The translations under genes were made by a program, and so were the position numbers. Below, piece after piece: positions 26,351 to 35,348 of a stretch of DNA of 64,000 nucleotides (position 1 is its first letter; every line of letters begins with the position of its first letter). The stretch is from Oscillospiraceae bacterium. Its GTDB lineage: Bacteria > Bacillota > Clostridia > Oscillospirales > Ruminococcaceae. Location: contig JAGUQX010000002.1 in NCBI GenBank assembly GCA_030153485.1, positions 26,250 to 90,249 on the forward strand. The letters are read 5' to 3'. Under the pieces are notes generated by a model, which worked only from the letters and a program-made list of their open reading frames with translations, ran no database searches and was not told where the DNA came from.

Positions 26351-29170
26351 ATGAGCATAGATAAGATAGTTATAAAAGGGGCAAGAGAGAATAATTTAAA
26401 AAATATAGATATATCTTTACCAAGAGATAAGCTTATAGTTTTTACGGGGCCATCGGGTTCTGGAAAGTCTTCATTAGCCTTTGATACAATATATGCAGAG
26501 GGACAAAGAAGATATGTAGAAAGTCTTTCTGCGTATGCAAGACAGTTTTTAGGACAGATGGAAAAGCCAGAGGTTGAATATATAGAAGGACTATCTCCTG
26601 CAATATCCATAGACCAAAAGACGACAAATAAAAATCCAAGATCAACGGTAGGGACAGTTACAGAGATATATGATTATTTAAGACTTTTGTTTGCTAGAGT
26701 TGGAAAAGCGCATTGTACGGTTTGTAAAAGAGAGATAGAGAAACAAACGATAGATCAAATTGTAGATCGGGTTATGACATTAAAGGTAGGAGAAAAAATT
26801 CAAATTCTATCTCCGATTATACGATCAAAAAAAGGGGAGCATAAAAAAGAGATAGAAGGAATAAAAAGAAATGGATATGTTCGAGTTAGAGTAGATGGAA
26901 ATATGTATGATATATCTGAGACAATAGAGCTTGATAAAAATAAGAAACATAGTATAGAAGTTATAATCGATAGACTGGTGGTTAAACCTGAGATTAGAGA
27001 TAGGCTTTCAGATAGTATACAAACAGCTGTAGCTTTGTCAGATGGCTTAGTTTTGATAAATATCTTTTCAGAGGATCGAGATATTATGTTTTCTCAAAAC
27101 TATTCTTGTCCAGACCATGATATATGTATAGATGAAATTTCTCCTAGTATGTTTTCTTTTAACAATCCTAAAGGGGCATGTGAAAATTGTATGGGGATAG
27201 GAACAACTATGAAGATAAATGAAAAAAATTTGATAGTTGATGAAAAATTTTCTATAAATCAAGGAGGGATCCGAGCTTGTGGATGGGATCTAAGCGAGGG
27301 GCAGAGTATTGGAAATATGTATATACAAGCTTTGTCAGAAAGATATAAATTTAAGTTAGATATACCTATAAAAAAACTAGAAAAAAAGTTTTTAGATATA
27401 ATATTTTATGGAAATAAAGGGGAAGAATTAGATTTTGTTCATAAGCATGGGGTTTATAAAGGAAGTTTTGAAGGAATAGTTAATAATTTGGAAAGAAGAT
27501 ATAAAGAAACTCAAAGCTCCGCAGTTAGAGAAGATATAGCAAAATATATGACAATTTCTAGTTGTTCTTGTTGTAAAGGGGAAAGACTTAATGCTATAAC
27601 CCTAGGAATTACAGTGGGCGGGATAAATATTAGTAAATTCAGTGTGAAAAGTGTGGAAGAATGTATTGATTTTATAGAATTGTTGAAACTATCTAAAGGG
27701 GATATGTATATAGCTGATAGGATTATAGAAGAGATAAAAAAAAGGCTTTTATTTTTAAAGAGTGTGGGATTAGATTATTTAACCCTATCTAGATCTGCGG
27801 CGACCCTTTCAGGAGGAGAAAGTCAGAGAATAAGACTTGCTACACAAATTGGATCTTCCCTTGTGGGAGTTTTGTATATCCTTGATGAGCCAAGCATAGG
27901 TCTGCATCAAAAAGATAATATGAGATTGATAGAAACACTTAAGCATTTAAGAGATATAGGGAACACAGTGATAGTTGTAGAGCATGATGAAGATACAATG
28001 AATGAGGCGGATTATATAGTTGATATTGGTCCAGGGGCAGGGGTTCATGGAGGGGAGATAATTTTTGCTGGAACGGTTGAGGGTATAAAAAAATGTGATA
28101 AATCTGAAACTGGAAAATATTTAAATGGAGAAAAAAGCATTCCAATTCCAGAAAAGAGAAGAGAAGGTTTTGGAGAGAAGATAGTTATAAAAGGTGCAAA
28201 AGCAAATAATTTAAAAGATGTTGATGTAGAATTTCCTATTGGAACTTTAAGCTGTGTGACGGGGGTTTCTGGATCGGGAAAATCCACATTAATAAATGAA
28301 ATTTTATATAAATATGCAAGCAAAAAAATAAACAGATCTAAAGATGATCCAGGAGAGCATAAAAGCATAGAAGGAATAGAAAATTTTGATAAAATAATAG
28401 GGATAAATCAATCTCCTATAGGACGTACACCGAGGTCAAATCCCGCGACATATACAGGTGTTTTTACAGATATTAGAGAGATATTTGCAGCGACAAATGA
28501 TGCGAAATCAAAAGGTTTTATCTCTAGTCGATTTAGTTTTAACATAAAAGGGGGAAGATGCGAATCTTGCCAAGGAGACGGAATAATAAAAATAGAGATG
28601 CATTTTTTATCAGATATATTTGTGACCTGTGAGGTTTGCAAAGGTCATAGATATAATAGGGACACACTTTCTATAAAATATAAGGACAAAAATATATATG
28701 ATATTCTAGAGATGACGGTGGAACAAGGAGGAGAATTTTTTAAAAATATTCCAAAGATTTATAGAAAATTAAAATGTTTAGAAGATGTTGGTTTAGGCTA
28801 TATCAAAATTGGACAGAGTGCACCAAGTTTATCGGGGGGAGAAAGCCAGCGGGTTAAACTAGCGACCGAACTTTCTAAAATTTCTACAGGAAAAACATTG
28901 TATATTTTAGATGAACCAACCACAGGTTTACATGTATCTGATGTTGCAAATTTAATAAAAGTTCTTCAAAAATTGGTAGATATGGGAAACACAATGATAA
29001 TAATTGAGCATAATTTAGACATAATAAAAACAGCGGACTATATAGTGGATATAGGACCGGAAGGTGGATATAGAGGAGGGTGTATTATTGCATCGGGAAC
29101 ACCTGAAGATATAGCGAAAAATAAAGATTCTTATACAGGATTATATTTAAAAAAAATCTTATATAAATAG
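26351..29170 (+). CDS. uvrA: Excinuclease ABC subunit A
   Basis: Two ABC modules (GPSGSGKSS, GVSGSGKST, two LSGGESQR), zinc-finger Cys clusters, 939 aa. Confidence 0.97.
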   Translation: MSIDKIVIKGARENNLKNIDISLPRDKLIVFTGPSGSGKSSLAFDTIYAEGQRRYVESLSAYARQFLGQMEKPEVEYIEGLSPAISIDQKTTNKNPRSTVGTVTEIYDYLRLLFARVGKAHCTVCKREIEKQTIDQIVDRVMTLKVGEKIQILSPIIRSKKGEHKKEIEGIKRNGYVRVRVDGNMYDISETIELDKNKKHSIEVIIDRLVVKPEIRDRLSDSIQTAVALSDGLVLINIFSEDRDIMFSQNYSCPDHDICIDEISPSMFSFNNPKGACENCMGIGTTMKINEKNLIVDEKFSINQGGIRACGWDLSEGQSIGNMYIQALSERYKFKLDIPIKKLEKKFLDIIFYGNKGEELDFVHKHGVYKGSFEGIVNNLERRYKETQSSAVREDIAKYMTISSCSCCKGERLNAITLGITVGGINISKFSVKSVEECIDFIELLKLSKGDMYIADRIIEEIKKRLLFLKSVGLDYLTLSRSAATLSGGESQRIRLATQIGSSLVGVLYILDEPSIGLHQKDNMRLIETLKHLRDIGNTVIVVEHDEDTMNEADYIVDIGPGAGVHGGEIIFAGTVEGIKKCDKSETGKYLNGEKSIPIPEKRREGFGEKIVIKGAKANNLKDVDVEFPIGTLSCVTGVSGSGKSTLINEILYKYASKKINRSKDDPGEHKSIEGIENFDKIIGINQSPIGRTPRSNPATYTGVFTDIREIFAATNDAKSKGFISSRFSFNIKGGRCESCQGDGIIKIEMHFLSDIFVTCEVCKGHRYNRDTLSIKYKDKNIYDILEMTVEQGGEFFKNIPKIYRKLKCLEDVGLGYIKIGQSAPSLSGGESQRVKLATELSKISTGKTLYILDEPTTGLHVSDVANLIKVLQKLVDMGNTMIIIEHNLDIIKTADYIVDIGPEGGYRGGCIIASGTPEDIAKNKDSYTGLYLKKILYK

Positions 29171-29320
29171 AGTTTACAAAAGTATATTGGTATGGTATAG
29201 TTTTTATATAGTTTGTAAACTTTAAATTAAATTATATAAAAAATTTAATTTTATAGGCTTTAAATTAAATACTTTAATATAAAAATTTTAATAAATATTA
29301 AAAAATAGGAGGTTTTATTT

Positions 29321-29482
29321 ATGCAAAAATATATTTGTATAATATGTGGATATATATATGATCCAGAAACAGGTTGCGCAGATCAAGGGATTCCTGCTGG
29401 AGTTGCTTGGGAAGATGTTCGCGAAGATTATCTTTGTCCTTTATGTGATGTAGGAAAAGACCAATTTGAGCCAACAGACTAA
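29321..29482 (+). CDS. Rubredoxin
   Basis: Too short for the ORF track (53 aa). AGGAGG (29308-29313), then ATG 29321. MQKYICIICGYIYDPETG...YLCPLCDVGKDQFE carries the two CxxC pairs. Confidence 0.9.
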   Translation: MQKYICIICGYIYDPETGCADQGIPAGVAWEDVREDYLCPLCDVGKDQFEPTD

Positions 29483-29503
29483 ATAAATTTAGGGGGAAAT
29501 AAA

Positions 29504-30715
29504 ATGAGTCATGTAAAAGTTGCCGACGGGATTTACTCTGTTGGAGTTTTAAATCCTAGTTTAAGAGTATTTGATATTGTCATGAGTACAGCTTATGGAA
29601 CAACATATAATTCTTATCTTGTTAAAGGATCGGAAAAAACAGCTGTTATAGAGGCTTCTCATATTGATTATTTTGAATATTATCTTGAAAATATAAAAGA
29701 AGTTGCAGATATTATGGATATAGATTATGTTATAATGAACCATAATGAGCCAGACCATTCTGGTTCTATTGGAAAACTTATAAGTCTAAATCCAAATATA
29801 GAAGTTATAGCAACTCCAGCAGGTGCTATGTATTTAAAAAATATATTGAATCATGATTCCCCCAAAATAAGAGTTGTTAAAGAAGGCGACAGCATAGATC
29901 TTGGAGGAGGAAAGGTTTTAAAATTTATTAGTGCACCTTTTCTTCACTGGCCCGACACAATGTTTACCTGGTTAGAGCAAGACGGAGTTTTATTTTCTTG
30001 TGATTTTTTAGGTGCTCATTATTGTGAACCTCAGATGAAGGATACTCTTTGTGACAAAATTGATAAGTATGAAGATGCTTTTTTAGGATATTATAACGCT
30101 ATATTTGGTCCGTTTAAGCCATATGTTTTAGATGGACTAGAAAAAATTAAAGATTTGGATATAAAATATGCATGTACAAGTCACGGACCAATTCTTTCAA
30201 AGGGTTGTAAACTAGAAGAAAATATAGAAAAATATAAAGTATGGAGTACTCAAATAAAGAATGAAAAAGCTTCGATTCCTATTTTTTATTGCTCTGCATA
30301 CGGAAATACTCAAAAATTAGCAAAGGCAATTGCAGAAGGAATAAAAAAAGTTTTACCATCAGCGGACATTGAAACTTTTGATATAATAGAGAATGACATG
30401 GGACTATTAGGAGAAAAACTAAATAATAGTGATGCTTTTCTTATAGGATCTCCAACCTTAAATAAAGATGCTGTTCCACCAGTTTGGCAACTTTTAGCAC
30501 ATATTGATGCTATAAATATTCACAAGAAAAAAGCGGCAATATTTGGTTCTTGTGGATGGAGTGGAGAAGCTTTTAAAAACTTAAATGGAAGACTTTCTAA
30601 TTTGAAGGTTGACGTGTTTGACGCTCCATTTAAGATAACACTTGTGGCCAGTGAAAAAGATTTAGCAGATGCTTTTGAATATGGAAAAAGTTTTGGAGAA
30701 TACTTTTTAGCATAA
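29504..30715 (+). CDS. Flavodiiron protein (FprA-type O2/NO reductase)
   Basis: Metallo-beta-lactamase-like diiron motif HNEPDHSG plus a C-terminal flavodoxin domain. Adjacent to rubredoxin. Confidence 0.85.
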   Translation: MSHVKVADGIYSVGVLNPSLRVFDIVMSTAYGTTYNSYLVKGSEKTAVIEASHIDYFEYYLENIKEVADIMDIDYVIMNHNEPDHSGSIGKLISLNPNIEVIATPAGAMYLKNILNHDSPKIRVVKEGDSIDLGGGKVLKFISAPFLHWPDTMFTWLEQDGVLFSCDFLGAHYCEPQMKDTLCDKIDKYEDAFLGYYNAIFGPFKPYVLDGLEKIKDLDIKYACTSHGPILSKGCKLEENIEKYKVWSTQIKNEKASIPIFYCSAYGNTQKLAKAIAEGIKKVLPSADIETFDIIENDMGLLGEKLNNSDAFLIGSPTLNKDAVPPVWQLLAHIDAINIHKKKAAIFGSCGWSGEAFKNLNGRLSNLKVDVFDAPFKITLVASEKDLADAFEYGKSFGEYFLA

Positions 30716-30717
30716 AA

Positions 30718-30767
30718 AATATAAAATAAATACCTAGAGAAATATCTCTAGGTATTTATTTTATATT
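30718..30767. terminator. Long AT-rich hairpin terminator after the flavodiiron gene
   Basis: Arms 30718..30740 and 30745..30767 are complementary (core TACCTAGAGA / TCTCTAGGTA) around a 4-nt loop. Confidence 0.7.
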
Positions 30768-30832
30768 ATTAAAAGATTGTTTATTTTTTTAGATAATATT
30801 ATAATATATAGATGAGGTATAAGGAGGATTTT

Positions 30833-31492
30833 ATGGATAAAAAGATAAAAATTTTTTGCGGATATTATGGAAGTGGAAAAACAAACTTTGCTATAAATTA
30901 TGCAATAAATATGAAAAATAAAGGATACGATATTTTAATTATTGATTTAGATATAATAAATCCTTATTATAAAATAGCGAATTATACTAAAATTTTTAAT
31001 AAATATGGGATAGAATATATTATTCCGCTCTGTTCTAATTCCACTATAGATATTCCTTCTTTAAGTCCTGCTATAGGGATGAGGCTGAATAATTTTAAAG
31101 GAATTATTATAATTGATATGGGTGGAGATGGAGCAGGAAGTTTGGCGATTGGACAATATAATAATCTTATAAAATCTAGAGAGTACGATATGTTTTATGT
31201 TTTTAATCTTTATAGAAATCATATGACAGATGGAAAAAATATATTAAAAAATATATTAGATATAGAAAAATCTAGCAGGTTAAAAGTTGGATATTTAATA
31301 AATAATTCTAATATAGGAGATCAAACAAGGTTAGAAGATATAACATGTTTATCTAAGCAAGAGTTTGAGATAGAAAAAATTACAAATAAAAAAATTATTT
31401 ATAGAACAATTAATCAAAAATTATTAATTAATGATAAAAAATTAGATAACTTTTATCCAATTGATATATATGTAAAAAAAATATGGGAATAG
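30833..31492 (+). CDS. Uncharacterised SIMIBI-class P-loop NTPase
   Basis: KIFCGYYGSGKTNFAIN (Walker A), LIIDLDIINPYY, IIIIDMGGDGAG (Walker B-like). ATG 30833 follows AAGGAGG (30821-30827). First gene of the oxidoreductase cluster. Confidence 0.55.
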   Translation: MDKKIKIFCGYYGSGKTNFAINYAINMKNKGYDILIIDLDIINPYYKIANYTKIFNKYGIEYIIPLCSNSTIDIPSLSPAIGMRLNNFKGIIIIDMGGDGAGSLAIGQYNNLIKSREYDMFYVFNLYRNHMTDGKNILKNILDIEKSSRLKVGYLINNSNIGDQTRLEDITCLSKQEFEIEKITNKKIIYRTINQKLLINDKKLDNFYPIDIYVKKIWE

Positions 31493-31505
31493 AAAGGGAA
31501 TTTTT

Positions 31506-31712
31506 ATGGCAAAACTAACAATAGATAAAGATAGATGTAAGGCTTGTGGATTATGTGTGTCTGTGTGTCCAAAAAAAGTTTTAGAACTTTCTGAAGAAGA
31601 GTTTAATATAAAAGGGTATACGCCTATAAAGGTTATAGCTATTGAAGACTGTATAGCCTGTGGAATGTGTGGGATGATCTGTCCAGATTATGTAATTAAA
31701 ATAGAGAAATAG
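31506..31712 (+). CDS. 2-oxoacid:ferredoxin oxidoreductase delta subunit (2x[4Fe-4S] ferredoxin)
   Basis: CKACGLCVSVCP and CIACGMCGMICP motifs, 68 aa. Confidence 0.85.
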   Translation: MAKLTIDKDRCKACGLCVSVCPKKVLELSEEEFNIKGYTPIKVIAIEDCIACGMCGMICPDYVIKIEK

Positions 31713-31721
31713 GGGGAAATT

Positions 31722-32789
31722 ATGAAAAAAAACACCTACCTTATGAAGGGAAATGAAGCGATAGCAGAAGGGGCAATTAGAGCTGGGTGTAAGGCTTTTT
31801 TTGGATATCCAATAACACCGCAGACAGAAATAGCGGCATATATGTCAAATAAAATGAGAGAGTCGGGCGGAGTTTATCTACAAGCTGAATCCGAAATTTC
31901 TGCAATAAATATGGTTTTAGGAGCAGCGGCAACGGGAACAAGGGTTATGACATCATCATCATCCCCAGGAATAAGTTTAAAAACTGAAACTATTTCTTAT
32001 ATTGCTGCTTCCGATCTTCCATGTGTTATTGTGGATGTTCAACGAGCAGGGCCAGGTTTAGGTGGTATACAGCCTTCTCAAGCAGACTATTTTCAGGTTG
32101 TAAAAGCTTTGGGACATGGTGATTTTTATTGCTTAGTATATGCGCCATCTGGTGTTGGAGAGGCTGTTGAAATTATACATAAGGCGTTTGATAAAGCCAA
32201 TCAATATAGAATGCCAGTTATTGTTTTGGCGGATGGAATATTAGGACAGATGATGGAGCCAGTTTGTTTTGATGATGAGGTTAAACAGGATAAGCTTGTT
32301 GAAAAAAATTGGGCAACATCTGGTCATCAAGAAAAAAGACCGCCTAATATAGTTAATTCTCTTATTTTAAATGTAAATAGTTTGGAACAAAAAATTGTAG
32401 ATAGATTTAAAAAATATGAAGAGATAAAATTAAATGAAATTATGGTAGAAGAATATCTTATTGATGATGCTGAAATAGTTATTATTGCATACGGATCGAC
32501 AGCGAGAATAGCAAAGACAGCGGTGGATAGTATGCGGGCGGATGGAGAAAAAATTGGAGTTTTAAGACCGATATCTTTATGGCCTTTTCCTGATAATAAG
32601 ATAGAAGAAATTTCTAAAAAAGTTAAAAATATATTGGTTGTAGAGATGAGCATGGGACAGATGATTTTAGATGTTAAGGCGGTTGTTCAGGGTAGATGTC
32701 CTGTTGATTTTTGTGGGAGAACAGGAGGAAATGTTCCAACTCCAACTGAAATTATTGATAAAGTTTCTAGTATAAAAAAGGAGGATTAG
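31722..32789 (+). CDS. 2-oxoacid:ferredoxin oxidoreductase alpha subunit (Kor/Vor type)
   Basis: GNEAIAEGAIRAGC..FFGYPITPQTEI N-terminus. Size and operon context. Confidence 0.85.
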   Translation: MKKNTYLMKGNEAIAEGAIRAGCKAFFGYPITPQTEIAAYMSNKMRESGGVYLQAESEISAINMVLGAAATGTRVMTSSSSPGISLKTETISYIAASDLPCVIVDVQRAGPGLGGIQPSQADYFQVVKALGHGDFYCLVYAPSGVGEAVEIIHKAFDKANQYRMPVIVLADGILGQMMEPVCFDDEVKQDKLVEKNWATSGHQEKRPPNIVNSLILNVNSLEQKIVDRFKKYEEIKLNEIMVEEYLIDDAEIVIIAYGSTARIAKTAVDSMRADGEKIGVLRPISLWPFPDNKIEEISKKVKNILVVEMSMGQMILDVKAVVQGRCPVDFCGRTGGNVPTPTEIIDKVSSIKKED

Positions 32790-33542
32790 ATGAAAACTGT
32801 ATTTGAAAAAACAAAAGGACTAACCGATGCAATAACCCATTATTGTCCAGGATGTACCCATGGAATATCCCATAGAATAGTGGGAGAAGTTTTAGAAGAA
32901 TTTGAAGTTTTAGGAAAAACTGTTGGAATTGCTTCTGTTGGATGTTCGGTTATGTCATATGATTATTTTAATGTAGATATGATTCAGGCACCACATGGAA
33001 GGGCTCCAGCGGTTGCCACAGGTGTTAAACGAGTTTTACCTGATAATATAGTTTTTACATATCAAGGCGATGGAGATTTAGCAGCTATAGGAACAGGAGA
33101 GGTTGTTCATGCTGCTGCAAGGGGAGAAAATATAACTGTTATATTTATAAATAATGGTACATATGGGATGACAGGAGGACAGATGGCTCCAACAACTCTT
33201 TTATCCCAAGTTACCCAGACAACGCCTAAAGGAAGAGATAAGCATAATGATGGATTTCCTATAAGAGTTTGTGAAATGCTTTCTACATTAGAAGGTGTTG
33301 TTTATGCAGAAAGAACAGCGCTTGATAGTCCTAAAGGGGTTATGCAGACTAAAAGGGCGGTTAAAAAAGCTTTTAAATCGCAGATAGAAAAAAAAGGATT
33401 CAGCATAGTTGAGATTCTTTCTACCTGCCCAACTAATTGGGGATTGACCGCTGTGGAATCTTTAAAATGGGTTGAAAAAGAGATGACTGAATATTATCCT
33501 TTAGGAGTTTATAAAGATAAAACAGATAAGGGGGTTTTTTAA
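32790..33542 (+). CDS. 2-oxoacid:ferredoxin oxidoreductase beta subunit (TPP-binding)
   Basis: HYCPGCTHG, TPP motif YQGDGDLAAIG...NNGTYGMTGGQ. Confidence 0.85.
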   Translation: MKTVFEKTKGLTDAITHYCPGCTHGISHRIVGEVLEEFEVLGKTVGIASVGCSVMSYDYFNVDMIQAPHGRAPAVATGVKRVLPDNIVFTYQGDGDLAAIGTGEVVHAAARGENITVIFINNGTYGMTGGQMAPTTLLSQVTQTTPKGRDKHNDGFPIRVCEMLSTLEGVVYAERTALDSPKGVMQTKRAVKKAFKSQIEKKGFSIVEILSTCPTNWGLTAVESLKWVEKEMTEYYPLGVYKDKTDKGVF

Positions 33543-33543
33543 A

Positions 33544-34074
33544 ATGGAAGGAAAAACTCTTTTTGCTGGATTTGGAGGACAGGGAATTTTATTTGCTGGA
33601 AAAGTCTTGTCATATATCGGTTTAATCGATGATAATAATGTTAGTTGGTTGCCTTCTTATGGTCCCGAAATGAGGGGAGGGACGGCGAATTGTAGTGTTT
33701 GTATATCCAAAAAACCCATAGGTTCTCCCATTGTTTTAGAGCCAGAAAATTTGATTGCTATGAATATTCCATCTTTTAAAAAATTTGAAGAAAGTGTTTG
33801 TGTAGGGGGAAATATAATATTAGACTCTTCTTTAATAAAAGAGTCTAAAACTAGAGTAGATATTTCGTATTATGATGTTCCAGCTACATATCTGGCTAAA
33901 AAAAACAATTTAGAAAAATTGGGAAATATAATTATGCTAGGAAAATTTTTAAAAGTTATAGGATATAAAGATAAAGAAACCGTCGCTAAAGGAATAGAAA
34001 AATCTGTTTCAAAAAAACGAAAAGATTTGATTGAAAAAAATATAGAAGCTTTTGAAATTGGATATAATAATTAA
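33544..34074 (+). CDS. 2-oxoacid:ferredoxin oxidoreductase gamma subunit
   Basis: FAGFGGQGILFAGK, SYGPEMRGGTANC. Confidence 0.85.
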   Translation: MEGKTLFAGFGGQGILFAGKVLSYIGLIDDNNVSWLPSYGPEMRGGTANCSVCISKKPIGSPIVLEPENLIAMNIPSFKKFEESVCVGGNIILDSSLIKESKTRVDISYYDVPATYLAKKNNLEKLGNIIMLGKFLKVIGYKDKETVAKGIEKSVSKKRKDLIEKNIEAFEIGYNN

Positions 34075-34168
34075 ATGGAAATTTAATTGAAAAATAATGG
34101 GATAAAAAAGCCTTTTGAGTTAATAATACATGTAAATAGATTATATATTGCTCAATAGGAGGGCTTTT

Positions 34169-34711
34169 ATGAAAGCTACAGGAATTGTTAGAAGGATAGA
34201 CGACTTGGGAAGAGTTGTTATTCCTAAAGAAATTAGGAGAACTATGAGGATAAGAGAAGGAGATCCTTTAGAGATATTTACAACTGCACAAGGGGAGATT
34301 ATATTTAAAAAGTTTTCCCCAGTTGGAGAGCTGTCTACATTTGCATCTCAGTATGCAGATGTTTTATATAAAACTACAGGAATTCCTGCGATTGTTTGCG
34401 ATAAAGATGTTGTAATTGCGGCTTCTGGGTCTGGAAAAAAAGAAGTTGTTGAAAGAAGGATTACATCTACTTTAGAAGATATAATGAAAAATAAGAAAAG
34501 CATAGCATATACAAGTGAGGATATGCATAAGGTTGTTCCTGTTGAGGGGTGCTTAAAACATATTTTAGTATGTGCACCAATCACATTTTCTGGGGATGTT
34601 GGTGGGGCAATTATGTTTATTTCTACAGATGAAAACACCGTTGCGACAGAGTCACAGGTAAAGTTGGTTCAGGTTGCTTCTATGTTTTTGGGAAAACAGA
34701 TAGAAGATTAG
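34169..34711 (+). CDS. spoVT: Stage V sporulation protein T (AbrB-type N-domain plus GAF-like C-domain)
   Basis: MKATGIVRRIDDLGRVVIPKEIRRTMRIREGDPLEIF is nearly identical to B. subtilis SpoVT. Length about 180 aa. ATG 34169 follows AGGAGGG (34157-34163). Confidence 0.9.
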   Translation: MKATGIVRRIDDLGRVVIPKEIRRTMRIREGDPLEIFTTAQGEIIFKKFSPVGELSTFASQYADVLYKTTGIPAIVCDKDVVIAASGSGKKEVVERRITSTLEDIMKNKKSIAYTSEDMHKVVPVEGCLKHILVCAPITFSGDVGGAIMFISTDENTVATESQVKLVQVASMFLGKQIED

Positions 34712-34718
34712 AAACAAG

Positions 34719-34747
34719 TTGAAAATCTTTTTTAATAATGTTATAAT
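34719..34747 (+). promoter_or_regulatory. Near-consensus sigma-A promoter for the rimP-nusA-infB operon
   Basis: TTGAAA (34719-34724), 17-nt spacer ending in TGT (extended -10), TATAAT (34742-34747). Confidence 0.6.
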
Positions 34748-34771
34748 GTTATAAGCTAATGATATTTTAAA

Positions 34772-34806
34772 ACGAAAGACTGGGAGATATACACCCAGTC
34801 TTTCGT
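34772..34806 (+). promoter_or_regulatory. GC-rich leader hairpin immediately upstream of rimP (possible attenuator)
   Basis: ACGAAAGACTGGG / CCCAGTCTTTCGT 13-bp stem, 9-nt loop, followed by an interrupted U-rich stretch (CUAUGUUGGAGUUGUUGUUUUU). Confidence 0.5.
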
Positions 34807-34808
34807 CT

Positions 34809-35348
34809 ATGTTGGAGTTGTTGTTTTTGAAAAAAGGTAAAAGTTCGGAAAAATCAGGAGGAAAAAAAAATACAGCTTATAAGGTTCAGCAGTTTGTAGA
34901 ACCTCTGATTTTGGAAAATAATCTTATTTTATGGGATGTTCGTTTTGAAAAAGATGGATCATGTTGGTTTTTAAGAGTTATGATAGATAAGCAGGATGGT
35001 CGTGTAAATTTTGAGGATTGTGAAAAAATTAGTAGACCCCTTGATAAACTTCTAGATGATGCTGATTTTATAGAGCAGACCTATTTTTTAGAAGTTTCAT
35101 CTGCTGGTATAAATAGAGAGCTGAAAAAATCATCTCATTTTGAATATTCTAAAGGAAAAAAAGTTTTAATAAAAACTATTAGACCAGTCGAAGGAATTAG
35201 AGAGTTTTTAGGAACTTTAGAAAAAGTCGAAGATGATATTGTTTATATAAAACAAGAAAATGAAATAATATTTTCTCATTGTATAAAAGATTGTAGCTAT
35301 ATAAAACTAGAAGAGAGTATACCGATGGAGGAAATTAGTTATGAATAA
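34809..35348 (+). CDS. rimP: Ribosome maturation factor RimP
   Basis: LWDVRFEKDGSCWFLRVMIDK..., EVSSAGINRELK. Upstream of nusA. The start is uncertain: ATG 34809 has no SD, whereas in-frame TTG 34827 is 9 nt after GGAG. Confidence 0.85.
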   Translation: MLELLFLKKGKSSEKSGGKKNTAYKVQQFVEPLILENNLILWDVRFEKDGSCWFLRVMIDKQDGRVNFEDCEKISRPLDKLLDDADFIEQTYFLEVSSAGINRELKKSSHFEYSKGKKVLIKTIRPVEGIREFLGTLEKVEDDIVYIKQENEIIFSHCIKDCSYIKLEESIPMEEISYE

